Below, piece by piece: positions 1 to 9,485 of a stretch of DNA of 64,000 bases. The stretch is from Gemmatimonadota bacterium. GTDB taxonomy: Bacteria; Gemmatimonadota; Gemmatimonadetes; Palauibacterales; KS3-K002. The stretch's first letter is position 1; every line of letters begins with the position of its first letter. The stretch is taken from contig JBDHJU010000007.1 in the NCBI GenBank assembly GCA_039586755.1, positions 27,876 through 91,875 on the forward strand. The letters are read 5' to 3'. Under the pieces are notes generated by a model. That model saw only the letters and a list, made by a program, of their open reading frames with translations. It was not told where the DNA came from and did no database searches. The position numbers and the translations under genes were made by a program.

Positions 1-161
1 AGGAGGGTCGGGTCGAGAAGACCGAGGATGTCGTGAAGCGCGGCGACACCGTCAAGGTCAAACTGATCTCGATCGACGACCGCGGCCGCATGCGCCTGTC
101 GCGCAAAGCGGCGATGTCGTCGGAGACTGAGCCAGAAGCGGAACCGGCCGAGCGCTCGTGA
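1..161 (+). CDS. pnp: Polynucleotide phosphorylase (PNPase), C-terminal S1 domain, 5'-truncated by window edge
   Basis: Translation ...DVVKRGDTVKVKLISIDDRGRMRLSRKAAMSSETEPEAEPAERS* matches the conserved C-terminal S1 RNA-binding tail of PNPase. Stop TGA at 159-161. Confidence 0.8.
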   Translation, partial: EGRVEKTEDVVKRGDTVKVKLISIDDRGRMRLSRKAAMSSETEPEAEPAERS

Positions 162-185
162 GGCCGAAACCGCTCGCTGAAGATA

Positions 186-222
186 AGGCCTGTCCCGCCT
201 CAAACGGGACGGGCCTTTTTTG
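186..222 (+). terminator. Rho-independent terminator downstream of pnp
   Basis: Stem AGGCCTGTCCCG / CGGGACGGGCCT (one G.U pair) with 7-nt loop, followed by a T6 run. Confidence 0.8.
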
Positions 223-238
223 CTCTGTGCGGTGACCG

Positions 239-1525
239 ATGACCGGCGCCGCCGCTGACGAGACTGTGCAGCTCGATGAGGCCGTCTTCCGGACCCAATT
301 CGACGGTGGGCCGATTGTTCTTTCCGAGCATATCTCCACCGTGCGCTCTGCGGCCGTCGGCATTTGGGTCCGTTGGGGGGCCAGCCACGATGACGCGGCG
401 AGGATGGGGTCTTCTCACCTGTTGGAGCACATGGTGTTCAAGGGGACCGAGGGGCGGACGGCTCGCCAGATCCCGCTCGAGGTGGAGGGAATCGGTGGGT
501 CGCTGGACGCCTACACGTCACGCGAGCACACGGCCTGTTACGCCAAAGTACTGGACGAGCACCTCCCCATCGCCGTGGACGTACTCGCAGACCTGGTTTT
601 CCGGCCGTTGCTGCGCGAGGAGGACTTAGAGGTCGAGCGCCGGGTGATCCTCGAGGAGATCGCCGGCGTCGACGACACACCGGAGGAGCTCGTCTTTGAT
701 CTCCACGCGCGCGCCACATGGGGCGAGCATCCCTATGGCAACCCCGTGCTCGGAACGGTGGAAACCGTCAACTCTATAACGCTCGACGACCTTCACGGCC
801 TCTGGCGCGCCGCCTACCGGCCGGGCGCCTGTGTGGTTGCCGCAGCGGGGAACGTCGAGCACGACCGAGTGCTCGAGTTGGTGACGCAGTACTTTCCTCA
901 GGTTCGAGAGCAAGTTGAGGGGCCGGGCGTTCCGCAGCCGGCTCCGTCAGGGCCGGAAGAGAGAATGGTCGAGCGCGAGACCGCGCAGGCCCACATCTGC
1001 ATGGGCGCGCCGACATTTCCGCGCAGTGATCTACGTCGTTACGGAGCGATTCTCGTCTCCACGGCCCTGGGCGGTGGCATGAGCAGCCGATTGTTCCAGC
1101 GTGTCAGGGAAGAACTGGGCCTGGCGTACGCGATCTACACCTTCCAATCGTTCTACGCCCGCGGTGGCCTGGCCGGCGTCTATATGGCGACCCGGCCCGA
1201 CAGCGCCGAGCGAGCGGTCGAGGAGGTCCGTAGCGAGCTGGGTCAGCTGTCTGGCACCGGCCTTGCAAGTGATGAGCTTGAGGCAGTCAAGAACCAGACG
1301 AAGGGGCAGGTACTACTGTCGCTGGAGTCGACATCGGCGCGGCTACAGCGTCTCGCCGGTGTGGCACTTTACGACGAACCGTACCTGACTTTGGACGAGA
1401 TTTGCGCGAAGATCGACGCGGTCGGCGAGGAGGAGGTGGCCGACCTCTGCCGGAAATACTATGCCCCTGAGCACCAGGCAGTGATCCGACTCGGCCCCGA
1501 GCCCCAAGAGGCCGAGCCCAAATAG
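239..1525 (+). CDS. M16 family zinc metallopeptidase (insulinase/pitrilysin-like)
   Basis: 428 aa. Inverted zinc-binding motif HLLEH (HxxEH) near N-terminus. Position after pnp is a conserved gene neighbourhood. Confidence 0.8.
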   Translation: MTGAAADETVQLDEAVFRTQFDGGPIVLSEHISTVRSAAVGIWVRWGASHDDAARMGSSHLLEHMVFKGTEGRTARQIPLEVEGIGGSLDAYTSREHTACYAKVLDEHLPIAVDVLADLVFRPLLREEDLEVERRVILEEIAGVDDTPEELVFDLHARATWGEHPYGNPVLGTVETVNSITLDDLHGLWRAAYRPGACVVAAAGNVEHDRVLELVTQYFPQVREQVEGPGVPQPAPSGPEERMVERETAQAHICMGAPTFPRSDLRRYGAILVSTALGGGMSSRLFQRVREELGLAYAIYTFQSFYARGGLAGVYMATRPDSAERAVEEVRSELGQLSGTGLASDELEAVKNQTKGQVLLSLESTSARLQRLAGVALYDEPYLTLDEICAKIDAVGEEEVADLCRKYYAPEHQAVIRLGPEPQEAEPK

Positions 1526-1588
1526 CTTGAGATTCGTCCGTCTTGTGCGGTTAGATATATCTGGCCCTTAACGAGCGAGGCTAGGGAG

Positions 1589-2704
1589 ATGATCGTCGGA
1601 GTACCGAAGGAGATCAAAACGGCGGAGAACCGTGTGGCCATGGTGCCGGCGGGAGCGGAGACCTTGATCGCCCACGGTCACGAGGTGCTTGTCGAGAAGG
1701 ATGCCGGTGTCGGCAGTGGCTTCGATGATGCCGCGTACAAGGCTGCCGGTGCGACGATAATCGATAACGCCGACGATGTATGGGCGGGTTCGGAGATGAT
1801 CGTGAAGGTGAAAGAACCGATCCCTGAGGAGTACCCACGCGTGAAACGGGATCATGTGATCTTCACCTACTTCCACTACGCGGCGGACGAAACGTTGACG
1901 ATGGCGATGTTGGAAAGCGGCGCGGTGACAATTGCCTATGAGACCGTCCAGCTCGATAGCGGCGAACTGCCCTTGCTCACGCCGATGAGCGAGGTTGCAG
2001 GCCGCATGGCGATTCAGGAAGGCGCGAAATACCTGGAGAAGACTTTCGGCGGCCTCGGTATCCTGCTGGGCGGAGTGCCCGGTGTGCATCCTGCAGAGGT
2101 CGCGATTCTCGGCGGCGGCGTGGTCGGCACTCAGGCCGCATGGATGGCTGCCGGCCTGGGCGCTCGCGTCACGGTCCTCGACGTCAGCTTGGAGCGGCTG
2201 CGCTATCTGGACGACGTGATGCCCAAGAACGTCGTGGGCGAGTACTCGAACCGGCACAACGTATTAGATGCGATCAAGCGCGCCGATCTCGTCGTTGGGG
2301 CAGTACTGCTGCCCGGGGCGAAGGCACCACACCTGGTCTCCAGAGCGGATCTGAAACTGATGAAGGATGGGTCGGTGATCGTTGACGTCGCCGTCGACCA
2401 GGGTGGATGCGTCGAGACCGTGAAGCCTACGACGCACGAAGACCCGACCTACGTCGTCGAAGGGGTCATCCATTACTGCGTGGCGAACATGCCCGGTGCC
2501 GTGCCGCGCACGTCGACGCTGGCGCTGACCAACGCGACCTTCTCTTACGCGCTCAAGCTAGCGGACGATGGCTGGAATAAAGCCTGCCGCGAGGATCAAG
2601 CGCTGGCGCTGGGCGTGAATACGGTCGAGTCGAAGGTTACCTGCCCCGGCGTTGCAGAGGCCTTCGGCCTGGACTACACGCCTATCGGGGAAATCCTCGG
2701 GTAG
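1589..2704 (+). CDS. ald: Alanine dehydrogenase
   Basis: 371 aa. N-terminus MIVGVPKEIKTAENRVAMVPAG and NAD-binding GGGVVG motif are typical of Ald/AlaDH. Confidence 0.85.
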   Translation: MIVGVPKEIKTAENRVAMVPAGAETLIAHGHEVLVEKDAGVGSGFDDAAYKAAGATIIDNADDVWAGSEMIVKVKEPIPEEYPRVKRDHVIFTYFHYAADETLTMAMLESGAVTIAYETVQLDSGELPLLTPMSEVAGRMAIQEGAKYLEKTFGGLGILLGGVPGVHPAEVAILGGGVVGTQAAWMAAGLGARVTVLDVSLERLRYLDDVMPKNVVGEYSNRHNVLDAIKRADLVVGAVLLPGAKAPHLVSRADLKLMKDGSVIVDVAVDQGGCVETVKPTTHEDPTYVVEGVIHYCVANMPGAVPRTSTLALTNATFSYALKLADDGWNKACREDQALALGVNTVESKVTCPGVAEAFGLDYTPIGEILG

Positions 2705-2712
2705 GAGAATCT

Positions 2713-2830
2713 GGGATTCGGGGATTCGAAGAATTGGGGATTTTGGGAGCCGGAGATCCAGAAGTGCTTCGCACGTCTGGACCTCTGCAAATCGCCGAAT
2801 CCCCGAATCCCCGAATCCCCGAATCATTGC
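2713..2830. repeat. Large imperfect palindrome built from octamer repeats: (GATTCGGG)x4 ... nested palindrome ... (CCCGAATC)x4
   Basis: 2714-2748 reads gggattcggggattcgaagaattggggattttggg. 2795-2826 reads gccgaatccccgaatccccgaatccccgaatc, the inverted complement. Centre has a nested palindrome CCAGAaGTGCttcGCACgTCTGG. Confidence 0.7.
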
Positions 2831-2951
2831 CCCCCGTGCCCACTCTGTCTACTATTGGAGGCTAGACTACCCTGTCCGCCCAACCTGGGGGGTTGTGAGG
2901 ATTTGGAAAGCCGTGGGCTCCCGCCCACCGCCGGGAGGATGAGCTGATCTC

Positions 2952-3989
2952 ATGGGTTTTGGCTGGTTCGATACTGGTAGGCTGCTCCCTGTCAACGATA
3001 TAGCTGTCGACCTGGGCACGGCCAACACGCTGATCTATGTGAAGGGCGAGGGTATCGTCCTGAACGAACCGTCGGTGGTGGCCATCGACAAGTCGAACGG
3101 GAAGGTACTCGGCGTCGGGCTGGAGGCGAAGGGCATGCTCGGCCGGACGCCCGGTGGAATCGAGGCGGTTCGCCCGCTGAAGGACGGGGTGATCGCTGAC
3201 GTAGACGTGAGCGAACTGATGCTGAGGCACTTCCTCAGGATGGTGACGGCGAAGCGCGTCTTTCGCTTGAAGCCGCGCGTGGTGATCGGAGTGCCGTCGG
3301 GGATCACCGAACTGGAACGTCGGGCCGTGCGGGCGGGTGCGCAGGCGGCGGGTGCCAAGGAAGTCTATATGGTGGCGGAGCCCATGGCCGCCGCGATCGG
3401 TGTGGGTCTACCGGTGGAGACGCCGACCGGAAACATGGTGATCGACATCGGTGGTGGCACGACCGAGATCGCCGTGATCGCTTTGGGCGGTATCGTCTCG
3501 GACACGTCGATTAGGGTGGGTGGTGACGAGATCGATGCGGCGATCGTCACCTTTTTGCGAAAGAACTACAACCTCCTTGTCGGCGAGCCGACCGCCGAAG
3601 CGATCAAGATTCAGATCGGGTCGGCCGCCCCGGTGGGCGATGAACGTGAGATGGACGTGAAAGGACGCGATCTCGTCTCCGGCATCCCTAAGACGGTGCG
3701 CATCCATTCCGAGGAGGTCAGAGAACACATCCAGGAACCGATTCAGCAGGTGGTCGAGGCGGTCCGTCGGGCGCTGGAGATCACGCCGCCCGAACTGGCC
3801 AGCGACATTGTTGATCGCGGGATCGTGATGACCGGCGGCGGCTCGCTGATCCGCGGGCTGGATCGACTCCTGCAGGAAGAAACCAACTTACCGATCCACG
3901 TGGATGAGGAACCACTGACGTGCGTAGTCCGTGGCGGCGGACGCATCCTCGACGACCTTCCCAGATACAGAGGGGTGCTGTCCAGCTGA
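2952..3989 (+). CDS. mreB: Rod shape-determining actin homolog MreB
   Basis: 345 aa. DLGTANTLIYVKGEGIVLNEPSVVAI is a near-identical N-terminal MreB signature. First gene of mreBCD-mrdA-rodA. Confidence 0.95.
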   Translation: MGFGWFDTGRLLPVNDIAVDLGTANTLIYVKGEGIVLNEPSVVAIDKSNGKVLGVGLEAKGMLGRTPGGIEAVRPLKDGVIADVDVSELMLRHFLRMVTAKRVFRLKPRVVIGVPSGITELERRAVRAGAQAAGAKEVYMVAEPMAAAIGVGLPVETPTGNMVIDIGGGTTEIAVIALGGIVSDTSIRVGGDEIDAAIVTFLRKNYNLLVGEPTAEAIKIQIGSAAPVGDEREMDVKGRDLVSGIPKTVRIHSEEVREHIQEPIQQVVEAVRRALEITPPELASDIVDRGIVMTGGGSLIRGLDRLLQEETNLPIHVDEEPLTCVVRGGGRILDDLPRYRGVLSS

Positions 3990-3994
3990 GTCAA

Positions 3995-4858
3995 TTGGGC
4001 GGGACTCCGGAGCTAAGGGCGAAACGGCCGGCGCGCCGTGACCTCTTGGCCCTCCTCTTCTTACTGCTCGGCGCAGTCGTCCTCATGACCTTGCCACACG
4101 AGCGTCAGCTTGCCTTGGCGACGGCAGTGCGTTCGACGGTTCTAGCACCGGTCCTTCGCCTCCACAGCTGGTTGTCGGACACAAGGACGGCACGCGCGAG
4201 TTTCCGGCAACTGGCGACGGAGCGCGATTCGCTGGCCGTGCAGGTGCTGGCGCTGCAGGCGGTGGAGGAGGAGAACCTGCGGCTGCGGGCATTGCTCGAG
4301 CTGGCCGAGCGTGGGAGAGACCGCTTCCGACCGGCTAACCTGACGCCGGCAGGTCGAGCCGGTGAAGGTGTGAAGCGCTCGTTCGTGCTGGATGTGGGAT
4401 CGAGCGTGGGTGTCGCGACCGACGCACCGGTAGTCGCACCCGGCGGGCTGATAGGCATCGTACGATCGGTCTTCCCAGGCCAGGCGGCCGGCGACTTCTG
4501 GACGCACCCGGATTTCCGGGTCAGCGTGATGACGACCGACGGCAGTGTATTCGGGATTATCAGACCGCTCTCTGGCACGCCCTTGGCCATGTCGCTCGAG
4601 GGTGCTCCGTTCCAGGCCGAGCTTCCCGCCGGCACCGAGCTGGTGACCTCCGGGCTGGGCGGGATCTTCCCCCGCGGTATCCCGATCGGTTGGGTCACCC
4701 GGCAGACGGCGGAAGAGGCCGGTTGGGCGAAGAGCTACCTGGTCGAGCCGGCGGTTCACCCGGACGCCGTGCGCGAGGTGATGGTGCTGGTCGAGCGTGC
4801 CGATACGCTGGATGTGACGGGCCTCTGGGAACGGCCCGAGACGGGTGACGGGCGCTGA
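3995..4858 (+). CDS. mreC: Rod shape-determining protein MreC
   Basis: ORF track gives 3920-4858 with GTG start overlapping mreB by 70 nt. Likely true start is TTG ~3995 just after the mreB stop. N-terminal TM helix LLALLFLLLGAVVLMTL and coiled-coil region. Position between mreB and mreD. Confidence 0.8.
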   Translation: MGGTPELRAKRPARRDLLALLFLLLGAVVLMTLPHERQLALATAVRSTVLAPVLRLHSWLSDTRTARASFRQLATERDSLAVQVLALQAVEEENLRLRALLELAERGRDRFRPANLTPAGRAGEGVKRSFVLDVGSSVGVATDAPVVAPGGLIGIVRSVFPGQAAGDFWTHPDFRVSVMTTDGSVFGIIRPLSGTPLAMSLEGAPFQAELPAGTELVTSGLGGIFPRGIPIGWVTRQTAEEAGWAKSYLVEPAVHPDAVREVMVLVERADTLDVTGLWERPETGDGR

Positions 4859-4860
4859 TC

Positions 4861-5334
4861 TTGGCTAAGGAAACGGGGCCCCGGTTTGGACTGGTCGGCG
4901 CCATATTGGTGCTGACGTTCTTTCATTTCGCACTCGCCCCGCTCTTCGATCGGTGGTTTGCCGGCCCGAACCTATTGCTTTGCGCGGTTCTCGTCTCGGC
5001 CCGCCAGCTGCGCCCCGGTATGGCCGCAGTGGTGGGTTTCATCCTCGGTGTTCTCGAGGATGCCATGGCCGTCAGCCACTTCGGCCTGGGGACGCTGCTG
5101 CTGGTTCTGATGGCGTACATCGGCTCGCTGACGCGGGACACGTTCGTGGGTGAGGAGCCCCTGTTCATCGGCACCTACCTGTTTGTCGGAACGTGGGTGT
5201 ACGAGACCGCGATCTTCCTGATCCTCGGGGCCAGCGGTGACCCGCTGTCTTACATCTTTCTGCGGGCTCCACTCGACGGACTCGCCACTGCTGTCATCGG
5301 GTACCTGACCTTGCCGTTCGTGAGGGCCCGATGA
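4861..5334 (+). CDS. mreD: Rod shape-determining protein MreD
   Basis: 157-aa polytopic membrane protein directly after mreC. Stop overlaps next start (ATGA). Confidence 0.75.
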   Translation: MAKETGPRFGLVGAILVLTFFHFALAPLFDRWFAGPNLLLCAVLVSARQLRPGMAAVVGFILGVLEDAMAVSHFGLGTLLLVLMAYIGSLTRDTFVGEEPLFIGTYLFVGTWVYETAIFLILGASGDPLSYIFLRAPLDGLATAVIGYLTLPFVRAR

Positions 5335-7133
5335 GGACTATCTCGCGGTCGCACCATGTGTACATCCGCGGGCGCGGACGCCTGGCACGCTGGCTGGCAC
5401 TGCTGGTCGTCATCGGCTTGGGCATCCAATTCTTCAGGGTTCAGATCCTCAAGCACACTACCTACGCGCTCCAGTCGGAGGGCAATAGAGTCCGCCAGCT
5501 CCCTGTCCCGGCGGCGCGCGGTACGATCTACGATCGCAACGGCGAGGTGATCGCGGAGAACGTGCCCGGCTACTCGATAGCCGTTCTGCCGCTCTCCATA
5601 GACTCGTTGCGCGTGGTGCTCGATGAACTGGCGCCGATACTCGAGCTGTCCGGCGAGCAGTTCGAGCGTATGGTAGAGAACTATCGTCGACACCCCAACC
5701 GCCCGATCACCGTGGCGCGGAACGCCAGCTTCGCCGAGGTCTCTGCTATCGAAGAGCGGCGCGCCCACCTGCCCGGCGGTATAGTGATCGAGGCAGCCCC
5801 GAAGCGGCTCTACACTCATAACTCGCTGCTCGCGCACGTCGTTGGCTACGTTGCAGAGATCAGCGATGCCGACCTCAGGCTCGCCGAGTTCGAGGGCTAC
5901 GAGCCGGGACAGATCGTCGGACAGACGGGCGTAGAGCGCGTCTACGATCGACTGCTCGCCGGTACTCCGGGTGTGCGATACGTGGAGGTGAGTGCGCTTG
6001 GGCGGGTGGTGGGTGAATTCAGGGGCCGCCCGATGGTGGAGCCGGTGCCTGGCCGCGACCTCCATCTGAATATCGACCTCGCGCTGCAGGAGCGTGCGGC
6101 CGAGCTGTTCCCAGACACCATGGCAGGGGCGGTCGTCGCTCTCGAGCCCAGGACCGGCGCCGTCCTCGCCATGTACAGTGCGCCGAGCTACGATCCGAAC
6201 TTATTCGTCGGTGGGTTCGAGCCGGCCGCCTGGCGTGCTCTCAACACGGACCCGGGTCAGCCGCTCTTCAATCGCGCCGTCACCGCCGCCTACGCACCGG
6301 GCTCGATATTCAAGCTCGTCATGGCCGGGATCGCGTTGAAGGAAGGTCACGCGGTGGTCGATACGAAGATGCAGATACCGTGCAGAGGCGCGCTCAGGTA
6401 CTACGACCGGGTCTTCCACGACTGGACGCCGGTGGGCCACGGCTCGCTCGACCTCCACGGCGCGATCCGCCAGAGCTGCGATGTGTACTTCTATCAGCTA
6501 GGTCTCAAGATGAGCCTGCCGGTTGTGTTGGCTGGTGTTAGGGACTTCGGAATCGGTCAGCCCACAGGTATCGATCTGCCGTCCGACATCGCCGGCGCGT
6601 TTCCGCCTGACACCACCTGGTACGACGAACGGTACGGACGCAGCGGCTGGACGAACTCGGTCGTGCTGAACCTGGCGATCGGGCAGGGCGAAAACGCTCA
6701 AAGCCCCTTGAAGATGACGCAGATCTTCGCCGCCCTGGCGAACGGCGGCACTCTCCCGACGCCCAGGGTGGCGAGGACCGGGACGGCTCCCGAACCCGCC
6801 GGATCGTTCCCACTGGATGCCGAGCAGCTGGCGGTCTTGGATAGCGCCCTCGTCGCGGTGCTGAACGAGCCGACGGGTACGGCACGCGGTTCGCGCCTGC
6901 GTGAATGGACGCTGGCAGGGAAGACCGGCACGGCTCAGAATCCGCACGGCGAGGATCACGCTTGGTTCATCGGTTTCGCTCCAGCTGAGGATCCGCAAAT
7001 CGTAGCCGCGGCGTTGGTCGAGGCCGGCGGCCACGGCTCGTCGGCCGCGGCACCGATCGTGTCGCGGCTGATCGACTTCTATCTCAGAGAGCGTGTCGCG
7101 CGTCCTGAGAGCACCGAGGTAGGGGGCGGATGA
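5331..7133 (+). CDS. mrdA: Penicillin-binding protein 2 (peptidoglycan D,D-transpeptidase MrdA)
   Basis: 600 aa. N-terminal TM. SxxK (SIFK), SxN-like and KTGTA motifs. Located between mreD and rodA. Confidence 0.9.
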   Translation: MRTISRSHHVYIRGRGRLARWLALLVVIGLGIQFFRVQILKHTTYALQSEGNRVRQLPVPAARGTIYDRNGEVIAENVPGYSIAVLPLSIDSLRVVLDELAPILELSGEQFERMVENYRRHPNRPITVARNASFAEVSAIEERRAHLPGGIVIEAAPKRLYTHNSLLAHVVGYVAEISDADLRLAEFEGYEPGQIVGQTGVERVYDRLLAGTPGVRYVEVSALGRVVGEFRGRPMVEPVPGRDLHLNIDLALQERAAELFPDTMAGAVVALEPRTGAVLAMYSAPSYDPNLFVGGFEPAAWRALNTDPGQPLFNRAVTAAYAPGSIFKLVMAGIALKEGHAVVDTKMQIPCRGALRYYDRVFHDWTPVGHGSLDLHGAIRQSCDVYFYQLGLKMSLPVVLAGVRDFGIGQPTGIDLPSDIAGAFPPDTTWYDERYGRSGWTNSVVLNLAIGQGENAQSPLKMTQIFAALANGGTLPTPRVARTGTAPEPAGSFPLDAEQLAVLDSALVAVLNEPTGTARGSRLREWTLAGKTGTAQNPHGEDHAWFIGFAPAEDPQIVAAALVEAGGHGSSAAAPIVSRLIDFYLRERVARPESTEVGGG

Positions 7134-8356
7134 GAGAGAAGGAGACGCTCCTCGTAGGGGACGGGGTCGTCCTCGCTCTAGTCGTCAGCCTCTCCGTGTT
7201 TGGCGTCGCGATGATCTTTTCGGCCGGAGAGCTCGAGGTGCCGTCCTCGGTGACCGGCATCTGGCGCAAGCAGGCGATCTGGCTTGTCGTCTCTCTGGCC
7301 GCTTTCGCCTTGACCCTCCGGGTCGCCGTTCGCTGGCTCGAATGGGTTGCACCGATCGCCTACGGTGTCGCCCTGCTGCTACTCATGGCCGTGCTCATCG
7401 TGGGAGCCGGTGACGGGCCGCGTAGCTGGATCCGCTTCGGCGCTGTGGGATTCCAGCCCTCCGAGTTCGCCAAGCTTGCTACGATACTGATGCTCGCGAA
7501 GCTCAATGCCGGCCGCGAGCGATCCCCCGAGACGCTTTGGGATCTCTGGCCCTACCTGGTGGTTGTACTCGTGCCGTTCGCCCTGGTCATGGCGGAGCCC
7601 GATCTGGGTACCGCCTCGGTATTCATCGCCATCCTGGTCGCGGCGCTCTACTGGTCGGGGCTCCCGTTCTCGAAGCTCGCTCTGTTCCTCAGCCCGCTGG
7701 TCAGCCTCGCCCTGGCTTTCTCGACCCCCCTCTGGGGTGTCTGGTTCTTGTTGCTGGTCGCCTTCCTCTACTGGACTCGCGCTTACCTGACCGAGTCGCT
7801 GGCGGTGATCTTCGCCAACGTGGCGATGGGTGTGCTCGTGCGGCCCGCCTGGGGCGGGCTGGCCGAGTACCAGAAGACCCGTATCCTGGCCTTTCTGCAA
7901 CCAGAGGCCGACCCACAGGGCGCCGGCTGGCACTTGATCCAGTCCCAGGTCGCCATCGGTTCGGGCGGGTGGCTGGGCAAAGGATTCACTCTCGGGACCC
8001 AGAAACGGCTCGCTTTCCTGCCCGAACAGCACACCGACTTCATTGTCGCAGTCTTGGGAGAGGAATTCGGGTTCGTCGGTGTTTGTCTCGTCTTGCTCTG
8101 CTTCGCCATTGTGCTCTGGCGTGTGCTGCTAATCGCCGAACGCTCCGAAGACGCTTTCGCGTCGACCGTCGTGTTCGGCGTCATCGCTCTCTGGTTCGCC
8201 CATCTAGTCGCCAACGTCGGCATGACGGTCGGGTTGCTTCCCATCACAGGTCTGCCTCTGCCATTCCTGAGCTACGGTGGCAGCTTCCTGATGATGTCGT
8301 TTGTCATGCTGGCCATCCTCCAGCGCGTCGCGATAGACACAAGGACCGGAGCATAG
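7130..8356 (+). CDS. rodA: Peptidoglycan glycosyltransferase RodA (SEDS family)
   Basis: 408 aa, about 10 TM helices, FtsW/RodA/SpoVE-type sequence. ATGA overlap with mrdA. Confidence 0.9.
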   Translation: MREKETLLVGDGVVLALVVSLSVFGVAMIFSAGELEVPSSVTGIWRKQAIWLVVSLAAFALTLRVAVRWLEWVAPIAYGVALLLLMAVLIVGAGDGPRSWIRFGAVGFQPSEFAKLATILMLAKLNAGRERSPETLWDLWPYLVVVLVPFALVMAEPDLGTASVFIAILVAALYWSGLPFSKLALFLSPLVSLALAFSTPLWGVWFLLLVAFLYWTRAYLTESLAVIFANVAMGVLVRPAWGGLAEYQKTRILAFLQPEADPQGAGWHLIQSQVAIGSGGWLGKGFTLGTQKRLAFLPEQHTDFIVAVLGEEFGFVGVCLVLLCFAIVLWRVLLIAERSEDAFASTVVFGVIALWFAHLVANVGMTVGLLPITGLPLPFLSYGGSFLMMSFVMLAILQRVAIDTRTGA

Positions 8357-8510
8357 CTGCGCCTGGCAGGAATCCTCCCACGTTTTCGGGCGGCTTCTAT
8401 CAGCGGGGGCGACACGCGCTGTTCCCGTGCCGGACACGAGGGATTGCGGGCGAGGGGGTGGTGTGAGATCTTCCAAAGTCCATCCCTTCCTCAGCATGGA
8501 GCCCCAGCAC

Positions 8511-9347
8511 ATGGCTTGGTTTCGGAAAGAAAAGAAGAAGCTGGTCAAGCAAAAGCGTGAATTGCCGGCGGACGTCTGGAAGAAGTGTGAAGGTTGTGGA
8601 GAAATCATCTACCGTGAGAAGCTGAACGAGACCGCCGGCGTCTGCGGCAAGTGCGGATACCACTTCCGCATCGGCCCAACGGACTACGCGCGCCTGTTGC
8701 TCGATGACGCGCTGGAAGACGAGTACGACTCCGAGCTGCGATCGGTCGACCCGCTGAAGTTCATCGGCCCGACGCCGTATGCGGAGCGTTACGAGCGAGC
8801 GATCAAGAAGGGTGGCACGAAGGAAGCAGTTCTCACGGGTGGTGGACATGTCGAGGGCATGCCTGTCCAGTTCGGGGTCATGGATTTCGGATTCATCGGC
8901 GGTTCGATGGGCTCGGTCGTCGGCGAGAAGATCGCACGGGTCGCGGAACGTGCTTTGGACGAAAAGAACCCATTGATAATCGTCTCGGCGTCGGGCGGCG
9001 CCCGCATGATGGAGGGTGTGCTCTCGCTGATGCAGATGGCGAAGACATCGAGCGCGCTGGGGCGGATGCACAAGTCGCGTTTGCCGTACATCTCCATCCT
9101 GACCCACCCGACCACCGGTGGTGTTACGGCCTCGTTCGCCATGCTGGGTGATGTGATCATCGCCGAGCCCGGTGCGCTGGTCGGCTTCGCCGGCCCGCGG
9201 GTCATCGAGCAGACCATCGGCCAAGAGTTGCCCGATGGGTTCCAGCGCGCCGAGTTCCTGCTCGAGCACGGCATGGTGGACATCGTGGTGCCGAGACCGG
9301 AGCTTAAGGCCACGGTTTGGAGACTTCTCCAGCATATGGTGGGATAG
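8511..9347 (+). CDS. accD: Acetyl-CoA carboxylase carboxyltransferase beta subunit
   Basis: MAWFRKEKKK...CEGCGEIIYREKL...CGKCGYHFRIG zinc-ribbon plus carboxyltransferase domain, aligns with E. coli AccD. ORF track starts at 8427. Chosen ATG 8511 aligns with the AccD N-terminus; alternative ATG at 8496. Confidence 0.9.
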   Translation: MAWFRKEKKKLVKQKRELPADVWKKCEGCGEIIYREKLNETAGVCGKCGYHFRIGPTDYARLLLDDALEDEYDSELRSVDPLKFIGPTPYAERYERAIKKGGTKEAVLTGGGHVEGMPVQFGVMDFGFIGGSMGSVVGEKIARVAERALDEKNPLIIVSASGGARMMEGVLSLMQMAKTSSALGRMHKSRLPYISILTHPTTGGVTASFAMLGDVIIAEPGALVGFAGPRVIEQTIGQELPDGFQRAEFLLEHGMVDIVVPRPELKATVWRLLQHMVG

Positions 9348-9349
9348 TA

Positions 9350-9428
9350 ACCGGTGACCGGCGACCGGTAGCCGGTGGGGACGGGCCGATTTCCACCGGC
9401 CACCGACCACTGGCTACCGAGAATCTGC
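9350..9428. repeat. REP-like palindromic element (CCGGTAGCCGGTG family), copy 1
   Basis: accggtagccggtgg..gatttccaccggccaccgaccactggctaccg: imperfect hairpin. Same family recurs at 13935-13990. Confidence 0.6.
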
Positions 9429-9485
9429 CCTACCCACAGTCCAGCTACCTCGTATAATTAGGCGCCATGTACCCAAGGTCGTGCC

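Noticed and set aside
7537-8466. 309-aa alternative-frame ORF inside rodA, plus many other 60-330-aa antisense/alternate-frame ORFs listed in the track (e.g. 9414-10409, 36141-37493, 37674-39857, 14021-15070)
   Set aside because: Each lies within a gene with strong family support on the other frame/strand and has Arg/Pro/Gly-rich composition typical of non-coding frames in high-GC DNA.
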